A DNA stretch of 64,000 nucleotides, taken from positions 480,001-544,000 of the forward strand of contig CAXXTU010000002.1 of NCBI GenBank assembly GCA_963662655.2, given 5' to 3'. Source of the DNA: Candidatus Cloacimonadales bacterium (GTDB lineage: Bacteria; Cloacimonadota; Cloacimonadia; Cloacimonadales; JAIOQZ01). Under the pieces are notes generated by a model. It was not told the DNA's origin. It saw only the letters and a list, made by a program, of their open reading frames with translations, and did not search any database. A program made the position numbers and the translations under genes. Positions 26,570 to 35,425 of the stretch are shown here, piece by piece (within the stretch, counting starts at the first letter, position 1; each line of letters opens with the position of its first letter).

Positions 26570-26761
26570 TCCAAGCAGTTTTTCCTTCACTCTGTACAAT
26601 GAAGCCTTATTGCGCTCTTCTTCGACGAACTGCGGCATGAGATTGCGCACAGTCTTAGGATGAAGTCCCGTGTCGTTCGCTACATCAGCCACCCTAAATG
26701 GTCTCCTATGGTATTCGATAAATCGGTCGATGATACGCTTCGCAGGAATGTTAGGACGCAT
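26549..26761 (-). pseudogene. Probably truncated early-region wHTH gene
   Basis: HTH-like start (VADVANDTGLHPKTVRN) then runs into AT-rich moron DNA at about 26610. Confidence 0.5.
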
Positions 26762-27485
26762 TCTTCAACTCCTGCGTTTCGAGCAGATCGCTGAGCGCGA
26801 CTTCAGACAGGTTCATGGCGGCGGCGACCTTCTCGACCGCTTCGATAATCTTGATCATCTGTCGGAAGTTGCCATGCGTGGTCTTGTGGATGTAGCTCAG
26901 GAGATCGGAGCACATTTTGACGTCCGAGACGGCGTTGCAAACAAGCTGGACGTCTGCGCGGGACAGCCGCTGAAACTCGTAGAAGTAGTTACACCTGTCG
27001 AAATAGTGCGCGTTTGCCTTGAGCAGCTTCTCACAGGCGTCCTTCATACCGACCAACACCACGATGGCCAGCGTCTCGTCGACGATGTCTCGGATCGAAC
27101 CGAGCAGCATCGGCTGGTTGAAGGCGTAATCGATCTCATCGATGACGATAACGGCGTCCGGATGTGCCTGCAGCTCGTTGATACAGCGGCGAAACAGCGT
27201 ACTCGTTGAACCGTGGTAGCCTTCACCGGAGACATCGTACCGGTAGTGAAGAAGGCTAAGCAGCTCGCGCGCGAACACCTTCGCCGTCATCGAGGCTTCG
27301 AGTCGCAGGTAAATGTAGTCGTTGGTGTAGGCGAGCCGCTTGGCGAAGCGGGTCTTACCCAGTCCCGGCGCGCCGTAGAGAAGTCCCAAGCCGACCATCT
27401 CGGTCTTGGGTCGGTTCTGCAGGTAGGCGATGCATTTCTTCGCGCCTTTCACGTTCGCGGTTTCCGCTAATACCCTTTCTTTCAT
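26751..27485 (-). CDS. MuB-like AAA+ ATPase
   Basis: GAPGLGKT Walker A, IVIDEID Walker B, VVLVGM, GNFR; follows the transposase. Confidence 0.9.
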   Translation of the reverse strand: MKERVLAETANVKGAKKCIAYLQNRPKTEMVGLGLLYGAPGLGKTRFAKRLAYTNDYIYLRLEASMTAKVFARELLSLLHYRYDVSGEGYHGSTSTLFRRCINELQAHPDAVIVIDEIDYAFNQPMLLGSIRDIVDETLAIVVLVGMKDACEKLLKANAHYFDRCNYFYEFQRLSRADVQLVCNAVSDVKMCSDLLSYIHKTTHGNFRQMIKIIEAVEKVAAAMNLSEVALSDLLETQELKNAS

Positions 27486-27501
27486 GCTAATAAACCTCCG
27501 T

Positions 27502-29508
27502 CTATCCTATTCCAATTGCTTTCATCAGTTCAGCGAAGCTGGGTTCGTCATCCTCGCCAGACTTTCGCTCTTCTTGAATGGTCTCGGTCTCCGCCGACGC
27601 CTTGACGATGTCGTCGATGGTCAGCGTCGGCTCCGGCTGCTCGATCAGCGGTTGATCTGCGAAAATCTCGCCGATCTGGTCGGTCATCGGCTGCTGTATC
27701 TGGCCGACGGCTTCGTTGACCTTCAGAAGTATCTTCTCGGACGATTCCTGCACGTTTTTCTCGAGCTTGCGGATGCTTTGCAACTCCTTCTGGAGAGCCT
27801 TCTGCGCTTGCGGCTTGTCCTTGGCGAGATGGATGAACGGATGCTGGTGACGTCGCGCCTCAGCTTGGCAAATGAAGCGGTTTTTCGCGTCGTAGATGAG
27901 CACCGAGCGCATGTCCATCAGGTCGTAGCGTATCGTGACCTTGTCGCCGATGTGCTGAATAAGCTCGTCGTGCCAGAAATGGATGTTGCTGAAGCGAACT
28001 CCGGACGCCTGCACCACGCGGTCTGTGGCGGAGAGCATCAGGAAGTTGAGTTGAGTCAGGTCGATTTGTTGCTCCGCTGGTATCCCCGCTTCGTGGAATA
28101 CTTCGAAGGGCTTGCGTCCGCCGATTCCGGTATGGGGCGTCAAGCCGTACATCTTCTCTATGTAAAGTCCGATCATCGCCTTCGCTTGCGGGATGGTCAG
28201 CGGCTTGCCTTCGAAGATGTTGAGCACCCACTTCTCGTTGCGCTTGAGCGTGGCAGGTTTGTCGTCGATGGAACCGCCCCGGAAGGTGCTCATGTACCGC
28301 TCGAAGTCGTCTTGAAACGTCCTGAAGAACCTTTCCACCACCTTGGCACGCGCGTTGTATGCCTTGGCGAACGTCACGCCAATACCGAGTCGCGGGAAGA
28401 TACCCACCAGCTCCTTGCTCAGGTCGTGCTTCTCCCACTGCTTGTTGAATAGTTTTGAGCGAAACGCCTTACCGTTATCGAGATAGACGTATTTCGGCCT
28501 GCCTCCCCAATGCATAATCGAGTTGCGAAGTGCGAGAAGAACATGCTGCGAGTCCTCCGAAACCGCCAGCGACGCTCCCACCGGGTAACGGGAAGCCCAG
28601 TCGAAGAACATGATCATCGTCATGCGCCTGGGCTTTCCGGTAGCCGGATCGATGATGTCGAAAGCGAGCTTGTGACCGTCCGCCACCCACACATCGCCGA
28701 CCTCGAGTTCGTCGCTCCTCAGAACACTCAAAATGCCGGTCTCCTTGAGGCTTTTCTTGCCGTTGCGGAGCAGGTTCCATTCAGGTTTGTGGCTGTCGCG
28801 CCACTCCTCGCACCAGCGGCGAAGCGTTCGTTCGCTCGATGGCGACTCCAGCTTTTGCAAGGTCTTCATCTGCTTCAGCTTGCGAATAGCCGACCCGATG
28901 GATATGCGATTCGGGTTGAGTAACAGGTGAAGCAAGAAGTTCTGCTCGGTCTCTGTCGCTTTGCGCGTGGCTTCCGCCACCGTGTACTTGCGGATGAGCG
29001 ACCGGGCGTCTCGTCCCGCTTTGACGTAGTTCCGCACCCAACGGCGCAATGTCCGTTCGCCGCGATGTCCCTCGACGACGTACAGCTCCGGCATGAAGCG
29101 TCTGTCGTTGTAAGCATCGACGATTGTCTTCCACGCATCCGTCTTGGAGACAGCCCGACTCAGGACTTCAAGAATGGCGTCGCAGAGCTGCGCACGCAGA
29201 TGCGCCTGCTCCTGATAATGCATCGGTTCGTTGTGCTTGGGTCGCAGGTCTGGTATCGTCTCATCCCGCAAGGCAGGAACTTCAGCGGAGACCGACTCCG
29301 GCTCCTCATGCTCCTCCGGTTCTTGAACTTGTTCCAACTTTGTCTGCGGTTCAATCACTCCATCCGGCACGTCATACAATTTGTGACGTCCACCCTTCGG
29401 TAGGGATTCATACTTCGATTGCCAGCCTTCCTTCTCCGCTCTGCGTATCAGCGCAGAACGTGTCACGTGCAGAGAATCACACAGCTCTTTAGTGCTCTTC
29501 CAACTCAT
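27502..29508 (-). CDS. MuA-like DDE transposase
   Basis: N-terminal Mu DNA-binding HTH (RRAEKEGW...GG), WVADGH, YLDNGKAF, AKVVERFF, Mu C-terminal IRYDLMD; GGAGG RBS before ATG 29508. Confidence 0.93.
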   Translation of the reverse strand: MSWKSTKELCDSLHVTRSALIRRAEKEGWQSKYESLPKGGRHKLYDVPDGVIEPQTKLEQVQEPEEHEEPESVSAEVPALRDETIPDLRPKHNEPMHYQEQAHLRAQLCDAILEVLSRAVSKTDAWKTIVDAYNDRRFMPELYVVEGHRGERTLRRWVRNYVKAGRDARSLIRKYTVAEATRKATETEQNFLLHLLLNPNRISIGSAIRKLKQMKTLQKLESPSSERTLRRWCEEWRDSHKPEWNLLRNGKKSLKETGILSVLRSDELEVGDVWVADGHKLAFDIIDPATGKPRRMTMIMFFDWASRYPVGASLAVSEDSQHVLLALRNSIMHWGGRPKYVYLDNGKAFRSKLFNKQWEKHDLSKELVGIFPRLGIGVTFAKAYNARAKVVERFFRTFQDDFERYMSTFRGGSIDDKPATLKRNEKWVLNIFEGKPLTIPQAKAMIGLYIEKMYGLTPHTGIGGRKPFEVFHEAGIPAEQQIDLTQLNFLMLSATDRVVQASGVRFSNIHFWHDELIQHIGDKVTIRYDLMDMRSVLIYDAKNRFICQAEARRHQHPFIHLAKDKPQAQKALQKELQSIRKLEKNVQESSEKILLKVNEAVGQIQQPMTDQIGEIFADQPLIEQPEPTLTIDDIVKASAETETIQEERKSGEDDEPSFAELMKAIGIG

Positions 29509-29698
29509 CGAGTCCTCCCTGTAATGCGTCGATATCCTCGCCAAGAAGCTCCCTGACTACCTCCAACACCTTGTTGGTTTGCCGATTTCCCTGTATCGTC
29601 TTGTACACCGCGCTGGTGCTTACACCCGCCTTTTCCGCGATCTGCGAAGCCGGAATTCCTCTAAGCGCCATCGCTGCACGAATTACGTTAGAATTCAT
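29489..29698 (-). CDS. Ner/Cro-like HTH regulator
   Basis: IRAAMALRGI..SQIAEKAGVSTSAVYKTIQG; AAGGAGG RBS. Confidence 0.85.
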   Translation of the reverse strand: MNSNVIRAAMALRGIPASQIAEKAGVSTSAVYKTIQGNRQTNKVLEVVRELLGEDIDALQGGLDELEEH

Positions 29699-29714
29699 GT
29701 CGCCTCCTTTTTGC

Positions 29715-29777
29715 TTGACAGCCCGTTCCGAGCGTCCATCTTGGGGACAGCATATAAGATGCACTTATGTGTGTCAA
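29715..29777. promoter_or_regulatory. Face-to-face lytic/lysogenic promoters with an operator-like palindrome
   Basis: Minus strand TTGACA(29777)-17-TATGCT; plus strand TTGACA(29715)-16-CATCTT; imperfect palindrome CATATAAG-atgca-CTTATGTG. Confidence 0.65.
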
Positions 29778-29806
29778 GCCCTATGTGTAAGGGGAACTAA
29801 AATATT

Positions 29807-30490
29807 ATGATGGGAATTGGAGCGCGACTGAAGGAAGCCCGTGTCGAATTGGGGCTTACGCAAACCGACATTGCCAAGACCGTGGGGATCAATCCTTCCG
29901 CTATCAACCAGATCGAGCGCGGCAGCACGAATCCGTCGCTATCGACGATCGAATCTATTAGTAGTGCTTATAAAATCAATGCAGATTGGTTACTTACGGG
30001 TCGCGGAGAGATGTTTGTCGGCAGTGGAAACATCATCAGTCCGACTCATCTGCTCGTCGACCATAATGGATTGACGCTGGAACCGCGAGGTGAACTCGCC
30101 GAAGTTGAAATCGCGGGTGTCATTGCCGCAGGTGCTCCGATCGAACAGACCGGCGACCATGAATTGATCGCTCCGCTACGTCTCGCGCTTCCGAACAAGA
30201 ATCAGTATGTGGCGTTGGTCGTTCACGGTGACAGCATGGAACCCGAGGTACGAGATGGCGACTTCGTTCTCATCCGACGCGACGCCGAGTGGTTTCATGC
30301 CGACAATAAAATCTGCGCCGTTTCCATCGATCACGAGTACACGCTCAAGCGACTCCAGATCGATGCCTCGAACAAGATGGTCATCCTGCATTCTCTCAAC
30401 AAGGAATATCGTCCCATCATTGTCGATCCGCTCGACACGGAGTTGCGACTGGCCGGCGTGATGGCATATCTGCTTCGCCGATTCCAGTAA
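29807..30490 (+). CDS. CI-like repressor (XRE HTH plus S24 peptidase)
   Basis: RLKEAR...LTQ..IA..VGI....INQIERG; AG cleavage site; V.GDSMEP; TLKR. Confidence 0.93.
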   Translation: MMGIGARLKEARVELGLTQTDIAKTVGINPSAINQIERGSTNPSLSTIESISSAYKINADWLLTGRGEMFVGSGNIISPTHLLVDHNGLTLEPRGELAEVEIAGVIAAGAPIEQTGDHELIAPLRLALPNKNQYVALVVHGDSMEPEVRDGDFVLIRRDAEWFHADNKICAVSIDHEYTLKRLQIDASNKMVILHSLNKEYRPIIVDPLDTELRLAGVMAYLLRRFQ

Positions 30491-30579
30491 TCGTCAATCG
30501 GTTTCTCTCTTTCATCCTTCCTCTGATTTATCATCACAATCTCGATTTGGGTTCCTTTGGGTTCGAGAAGGGCGTCTGC

Positions 30580-30908
30580 AAAAACGGTCGTCCGAGCGGA
30601 CGTTCGCGAACGTTCGCTTTCATGGGGTCGTTTGTCCGAAAAACCGGACGTTCGCTCGGTTTTCAAGTGCGGACAATCGATTTTTCAATGAGATAGACGT
30701 ATCTGCCGACAAATACAGGAACTTAAAAGGCTGCGAAAGTGGAATCTTTGTGCCAAACCGGTGGCACCGAAGGGGACGAAACGCACCGTTTCTGCCAAAA
30801 GCGGTCGCTCGCGGACAAACGCCTATCGCTTTCAAGTGACGAGAGATAACCCTAAAACGGGAGCGAACGTCCGTTCTGCCAAAGGGGTGTCATTTTATAC
30901 CCGTCTCA
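30580..30908. repeat. Predicted Mu-like end with repeated transposase-binding motifs
   Basis: TGCCAAA x3 (about 30751, 30793, 30877); inverted pair CGGACGTTCGCTC..TTTT (about 30645) / AAAA...GAGCGAACGTCCG (about 30854); terminal CA at 30907-30908. Confidence 0.6.
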
Positions 30909-31030
30909 GCGGCGGGGCGGCGTGTGTGCATTCGCACACGGCTCGTTCCCCCAGCGCGCTTCTGCGCAGAAGCGCGCTGGGGGAACGAGCCCGGAAGCCA
31001 TAAGGCTTCCGACGCCGCCCCGCCGCGGGA
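30909..31030. repeat. Cruciform REP/REPIN-like element with a 52-bp perfect central palindrome
   Basis: 15-bp outer arms GCGGCGGGGCGGCGT/ACGCCGCCCCGCCGC, two side hairpins, central palindrome 30940-30991. Confidence 0.9.
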
Positions 31031-31114
31031 ATGGCGCTTCTCCCGAGATTCCCAGCAGAATACTTGACAAATGTCGCGAAAAGGAGAGATTTATGTTGCA
31101 CGAAGGAGGTTCAG

Positions 31115-31939
31115 ATGAGTTCGGTAAGAAAACCAGCGGTAGCAGGGATGTTTTACACTTCAAGCAGGGAGCAGCTCATCCGGGAGGTGTCCGGGTATAT
31201 TGAACAGGCCGAGGTTGAGTCGGTAGATGATGAGCTTTTGGGAGTAATATCTCCCCATGCCGGGTTCATGTACTCGGGGCTTTGTGCGGGATATGCTTTC
31301 AAAGCTTTGAAGCAAAAGGAATTCGATACATCCGTCGTCATCGCTCCGAGCCACCGCGTTGGCGGTTTCGATTATTCGGTGGGCGACTACTCGGCGTACC
31401 GTACCCCGATCGGAGATGTGAAGACCGATTATTCGTCCATCGAACAACTTCTACAGCACAAGGGCGTCGATTTCTTTCCCGTGGCGCATGAGATGGAGCA
31501 CTCTCTCGAGGTACAACTGCCATTTCTTCAGGTGATCAATCCACACGCCCGGCTTGTTCCCATCGTAATCGGCAACCAGAGCTACGCCAACGCCAGGCAA
31601 CTTGCAGATATCCTGCTGAATGTGTTCGGGGATCGCATCAGCAAAACGGCCTTCATCGTGAGCAGCGATCTCTCGCACTATCACAGCGACAGCGATGCGG
31701 AGACTCTCGACAGGGTGCTGATCAACGACATCCTGAACCTCGATTCCGATTCGCTGAGGGAGAACATCGAACGGCGACGCTGCGAGGCTTGTGGTTTCGG
31801 AGGGATTCTCACGTTGCTTCACATGGCGGATCAACTGGGCTATCACAGCGTGAAAGAGCTCCATTACACGCACTCCGGCCACGCCAGCGGAGACTTCATG
31901 CAGGTGGTCGGATATCTTTCAGCCGCTATCTATCGATAA
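31115..31939 (+). CDS. amrB: AmmeMemoRadiSam system protein B (MEMO1 family)
   Basis: RKPAVAGMFY, SPHAG..YSG, EHSLEVQLPFLQ, SSDLSHY, ACG, VVGY. Confidence 0.93.
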   Translation: MSSVRKPAVAGMFYTSSREQLIREVSGYIEQAEVESVDDELLGVISPHAGFMYSGLCAGYAFKALKQKEFDTSVVIAPSHRVGGFDYSVGDYSAYRTPIGDVKTDYSSIEQLLQHKGVDFFPVAHEMEHSLEVQLPFLQVINPHARLVPIVIGNQSYANARQLADILLNVFGDRISKTAFIVSSDLSHYHSDSDAETLDRVLINDILNLDSDSLRENIERRRCEACGFGGILTLLHMADQLGYHSVKELHYTHSGHASGDFMQVVGYLSAAIYR

Positions 31940-31995
31940 AATAATGAAGTAGTGTAAAGAGCGCGTTAATCTGCGAAAAAAAACGCAGAAAAGTA

Positions 31996-32023
31996 TTGAC
32001 AAGGAAACACCCCCTAATAGCTT
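31996..32023 (+). promoter_or_regulatory. tRNA operon promoter
   Basis: TTGACA-16-TAGCTT with an A-rich upstream tract. Confidence 0.55.
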
Positions 32024-32039
32024 TTGCATTGCTTGTTGA

Positions 32040-32114
32040 GCGGGAATAGCTCAGTGGTAGAGCTCTACCTTGCCAAGGTAGATGTCGCGGGTTCGAATCC
32101 CGTTTCCCGCTCCA
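32040..32114 (+). tRNA. tRNA-Gly (GCC)
   Basis: GCGGGAA acceptor, CTACC-TTGCCAA-GGTAG anticodon arm, GGTTCGAATC, CCA. Confidence 0.97.
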
Positions 32115-32127
32115 TTTTTTTTTGCCA

Positions 32128-32201
32128 GGCGACATCGCCAAGTGGTAAGGCAAGGGTCTGCAAAATCCTCATCCCCGGTTCGAATCCGGGTGTCGCCTCC
32201 A
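32128..32201 (+). tRNA. tRNA-Cys (GCA)
   Basis: GGCGACA acceptor, CTGCAAA loop, GGTTCGAATCC, CCA. Confidence 0.97.
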
Positions 32202-32209
32202 TTTCAAAT

Positions 32210-32297
32210 GCCGGAGTGGTGGAATTGGTAGACACAAGGGACTTAAAATCCCTCGCAGTTTTACTGCGTGCCGGTTCAAGTCCGGCCTCTGGTACCA
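32210..32297 (+). tRNA. tRNA-Leu (TAA)
   Basis: AGGGA-CTTAAAA-TCCCT anticodon arm, long variable arm, GGTTCAAGTCC, CCA. Confidence 0.97.
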
Positions 32298-32302
32298 TTT
32301 CT

Positions 32303-32974
32303 TTACTTGTCTAAGAGAATAATCTTATCGCCAATCGTAATGATTTGATCAAAAATCCCTTTATAATGCTGTTTCCGATGAGATACGATCAACGCTCCAT
32401 ACCCTTCTTGCTTACGTTCCTCGAGAAGCGAAATGAATTGCTGCAACCTGCTCGCGTCGAGTCCGGCCTCCGGTTCGTCCAGAATCCAGAATCTATTTCG
32501 CAGTAACGCGATGGAAGAGAGACTGATCCTCTTCTTCTGGCCGCCGCTGAGTTCCCAGAAAGGCGTATCTTGGAAATCATGAACTTCCAGCCTTGATAAG
32601 GCATGCAAGCGCTCGACTCGCCTTAGCTCCGAGTCATTTTGCTGAAACCGGTTTTGCCAGATTGCCATATCCTCGCTTGCTGTGGAGGCGAGGAGGTTGC
32701 AATCAATCTCCTGCTTGAGGTAAAGAACCTGTTTCGACAGCTCGGAAGGCGTTACCTTTCGGTAGTTCCTGTCATCGAGATAAAGATTTCCCCGATACCT
32801 GGTTTCGAGTCCGGCGAGAAGCCTGCAAAGCGTAGTCTTGCCGCACCCGTTAGCGCCATGAAGCAATATAATTTCACTCAGCGGAAGTTCGACGTTCGCG
32901 CGATCGAAAATGAGATGGTCGGGCGAGTAGCCAAACGTCAAACCCTCGATTTTTATCTTCGACACTAAGATCAT
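32303..32974 (-). CDS. ABC/ECF transporter ATPase
   Basis: GANGCGKT, LSGGQKKR, ILDEP, SH. Confidence 0.9.
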   Translation of the reverse strand: MILVSKIKIEGLTFGYSPDHLIFDRANVELPLSEIILLHGANGCGKTTLCRLLAGLETRYRGNLYLDDRNYRKVTPSELSKQVLYLKQEIDCNLLASTASEDMAIWQNRFQQNDSELRRVERLHALSRLEVHDFQDTPFWELSGGQKKRISLSSIALLRNRFWILDEPEAGLDASRLQQFISLLEERKQEGYGALIVSHRKQHYKGIFDQIITIGDKIILLDK

Positions 32975-33633
32975 ACCTCGCTTGTATCCAAGTGGATAAC
33001 TTGATCGGATATGGACAGCAATTCCTCGTCGTGGGACGTTAGCACAACGGTTCCGTGAAGCCCTCGGTATAGATGAATGAAATTGATTACCAGCTTGGCG
33101 GATTCGCCCGAAAGGCCGTTCAGCGGCTCGTCCAGTACGAGAATCGAGGGTCTCAGCGCGAATAGCGCTGACAGCGCCACGAGCTTTTTCTGTCCATACG
33201 ACAAGGAATAGGTATCCTTGTGTTGCAGATGGGCAATATTGAACATTGCAAGCGATTCCTGCAACCTTGATCCGATTTCCTCACGGGGCAGGCATAAGTT
33301 CTCCGGCCCGAACACGATCTCCTGCTCGACCGATGGAAAATGGAGCTGCCACTCGATTTCCTGCATCAGGATACTTGCAACGGGTGCGAGCTGTGGAAGC
33401 GATTGCGTTGAGTAATCCTCTCCGTGAAGCAAAATGGCGCCCTCCAGGAGCCCGTGAATCGATTTGGGTATAATTCCGCAGATCAGGTACAGAAGCGTCG
33501 TCTTGCCGCTTCCATTCTCGCCTGTGACGGTCGTAATGGAGCGTGACGGGATTTCCAGCGAGAAATTGCGAAAGATGCGCTTGTCCTTTTCGGAGTACCG
33601 GAAGGAGACATTGCTGAATTCAATTGCGTTCAT
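32971..33633 (-). CDS. ECF transporter ATPase (EcfA/CbiO-like)
   Basis: GENGSGKT, EIVFGPEN, LSYGQKK, VLDEP. Confidence 0.9.
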   Translation of the reverse strand: MNAIEFSNVSFRYSEKDKRIFRNFSLEIPSRSITTVTGENGSGKTTLLYLICGIIPKSIHGLLEGAILLHGEDYSTQSLPQLAPVASILMQEIEWQLHFPSVEQEIVFGPENLCLPREEIGSRLQESLAMFNIAHLQHKDTYSLSYGQKKLVALSALFALRPSILVLDEPLNGLSGESAKLVINFIHLYRGLHGTVVLTSHDEELLSISDQVIHLDTSEV

Positions 33634-33636
33634 CGG

Positions 33637-34041
33637 TTACTGCAAGACGATCTTATTGATATTCTTCAGCCAGCGCTGATGAAACTCGTCCGTCGGTATC
33701 ACCAGACGAAAGGTGTCGTCCTCGTTTATCGCAAGAAAGAGGTCAGGCAGTTCCTCGATTGGAATCTGAATGTTCATTCCGTCGCCGGACACGAAGTCAA
33801 GCAGCGTGATCTGGCTCATGTCAATCTCGAACAGGTCGCATACATCCTGCACTCGAACCGCTTCGTACGATTTATCGTTCCCGACGCTCAACGGAACGAT
33901 CTCGAGTTTTTCTGTTATCGCCCGGCTCAAATGGATCGTCTGGGAGTCTTCGACGACTTCGGGCTCCTGTCCCGCTCTGTAAGCGAGCAGGATCGCGATT
34001 GCGATGAGGGCGACAACCAGTATGGTTAGGGTAAGTTTCAT
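33637..34041 (-). CDS. Membrane-anchored hypothetical protein
   Basis: N-terminal TM; FRLVIPTD...RWLKNI; coupled to its neighbours. Confidence 0.7.
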   Translation of the reverse strand: MKLTLTILVVALIAIAILLAYRAGQEPEVVEDSQTIHLSRAITEKLEIVPLSVGNDKSYEAVRVQDVCDLFEIDMSQITLLDFVSGDGMNIQIPIEELPDLFLAINEDDTFRLVIPTDEFHQRWLKNINKIVLQ

Positions 34042-34469
34042 TGAATTCTCCTGTATTTCCATGCGGGATATCCGTTCTTCTCGGACGATCCGATGCGCTG
34101 ATATTGTGTAATCCTGTTGCGGAACGAGAGGGAATCGCCCTCATCGGCTTCGATGCGGAAAAGGCATACTTCCTGGAGCGAATCGACATTGCAGAATGCC
34201 GGCAGCGTTTCGGAGGTCGTGCGCCATACGTTTGCGTTCCGCTCTATCTCTATCTCGGAGAAAGCGGTTTCCGTAATCAGCGCTGCAAGGCCATCCGAGG
34301 CGATAAGCAGTGCGTAATCCGGTTTGTATGACTGAAGGATATCGCTCAGATTGCCGGTCTTGACATATTGTGTTTCCTCGTCGATGTCACCTGTCAGAGC
34401 GGGAGGTTTCTCACAGCAGGCCGCCAGCAAGATGACGAAGGAAAGAAGAAGGATTATTCTTTGTACCAT
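34038..34469 (-). CDS. Hypothetical lipoprotein
   Basis: Signal peptide with LAAC lipobox. Confidence 0.65.
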   Translation of the reverse strand: MVQRIILLLSFVILLAACCEKPPALTGDIDEETQYVKTGNLSDILQSYKPDYALLIASDGLAALITETAFSEIEIERNANVWRTTSETLPAFCNVDSLQEVCLFRIEADEGDSLSFRNRITQYQRIGSSEKNGYPAWKYRRIQ

Positions 34470-35425
34470 AGGAATACCTTCCGGCTTTGCGACCACTGTG
34501 GATCGGCAAAGTTTTTATTATAATCGAGAACGGTTTTGTTCTCGTTATCCGCCTTGATTGATACCGTTTCGGGATCGATGCTCAGCAGGTTCAAGACTTC
34601 CGTCATATCCTTGCAAATTCCCGAATTCACGATGCACAAATCGTCCTTCTGAATGTAGACAAGGTTCTTGATCCACATTCCTGCCGGCATGTCCGGGCTT
34701 TTCAGGTTAAGCGAGTCCCCATTCTCCGCCACGATTGCATTTTCGAGATACGTTTGGTAGTCGAGTACGTGGGTGATGCCATCCTGTGCGATGAGTCGGA
34801 AATTGCCCCGCACATCCGGGAACGCTGTCAGGGCGATATCCTTGAATCGGTAGCCGCTGTCCTTCTCGAACGGCGTGAGTTTCTCCTGGTAGGTCAAGGA
34901 CGCTTCCAGCGAATTGAGCAAGATCAATGCAGTCGGTTTGATCGCGGACTTCTCGGTCTCGAAGATGATCCGGGATGGATTGAAAATCCAGTACATGGCC
35001 CTCATGTTGGGGACGATCAGTCGTGTTGCGCCATCGTTCAGGGTTTTCCCGTCTTTCGCCCAGGCAATGACTGCGCTACTTTGCTCGAGCTCTTCGCGGC
35101 TCAGCCTGACCTGATAATTGTCGTCGGAGCGGAGTATGACGGAAAGGAAGTCTGGTCTGCCCAGCAGTTGCGTGAGTTGGGCCACTTGAATCCCCGTCCA
35201 GTTCTCGGTGATGGTGAGACCCTTCTTCTCGCGGGATGTTTCGATTTGAATAGCGTCCATTTGCTGTAACTGCTCGCGAGTCAACTCGATCGTCTGGTCG
35301 TTGCACTTGATGCTCAGGCGCGGTTCAGCGGACAGAAGGACTGAGCCGCAGAAGGTTAGGATGCAGAAGATGACGAGCGTTCTGTAATGACGCGATACTG
35401 AAGAAGTCGTTGATAAATAATCCAT
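34454..35425 (-). CDS. Exported protein with molybdopterin-oxidoreductase-like domains (start approximate)
   Basis: WTG, SDDNYQV, RLIVP....MYWI; second repeat AQDG...MPAGMWIKN. Confidence 0.6.
   Translation of the reverse strand: MDYLSTTSSVSRHYRTLVIFCILTFCGSVLLSAEPRLSIKCNDQTIELTREQLQQMDAIQIETSREKKGLTITENWTGIQVAQLTQLLGRPDFLSVILRSDDNYQVRLSREELEQSSAVIAWAKDGKTLNDGATRLIVPNMRAMYWIFNPSRIIFETEKSAIKPTALILLNSLEASLTYQEKLTPFEKDSGYRFKDIALTAFPDVRGNFRLIAQDGITHVLDYQTYLENAIVAENGDSLNLKSPDMPAGMWIKNLVYIQKDDLCIVNSGICKDMTEVLNLLSIDPETVSIKADNENKTVLDYNKNFADPQWSQSRKVFLWYKE

Larger units (their letters stand above)
1..30908 (-). mobile_element. Mu-like transposable prophage (partial; other end lies left of the window)
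   Basis: Repressor/Ner divergent pair, DDE transposase plus AAA ATPase, terminase, gpF-like, portal, capsid, tail and tape measure genes in Mu-like order; repeat-rich end terminating in CA at 30907-30908, followed by host genes. Confidence 0.9.

Noticed and set aside
27530..27542. Isolated CAGC-GAA-GCTG hairpin in the transposase 3' end (similar one near 4920)
   Set aside because: Short, in frame and with no sign of extra sequence; plausible by chance
30580..30908. Repeats as a CRISPR array
   Set aside because: Short, irregularly spaced and partly inverted; no cas genes; fits a Mu-like end
31926..32314. ORFs over the tRNA cluster; tRNAs as a prophage att site
   Set aside because: The region is tRNA genes; the prophage is transposase-based, ends about 1.1 kb away, and I saw no duplicated tRNA 3' end
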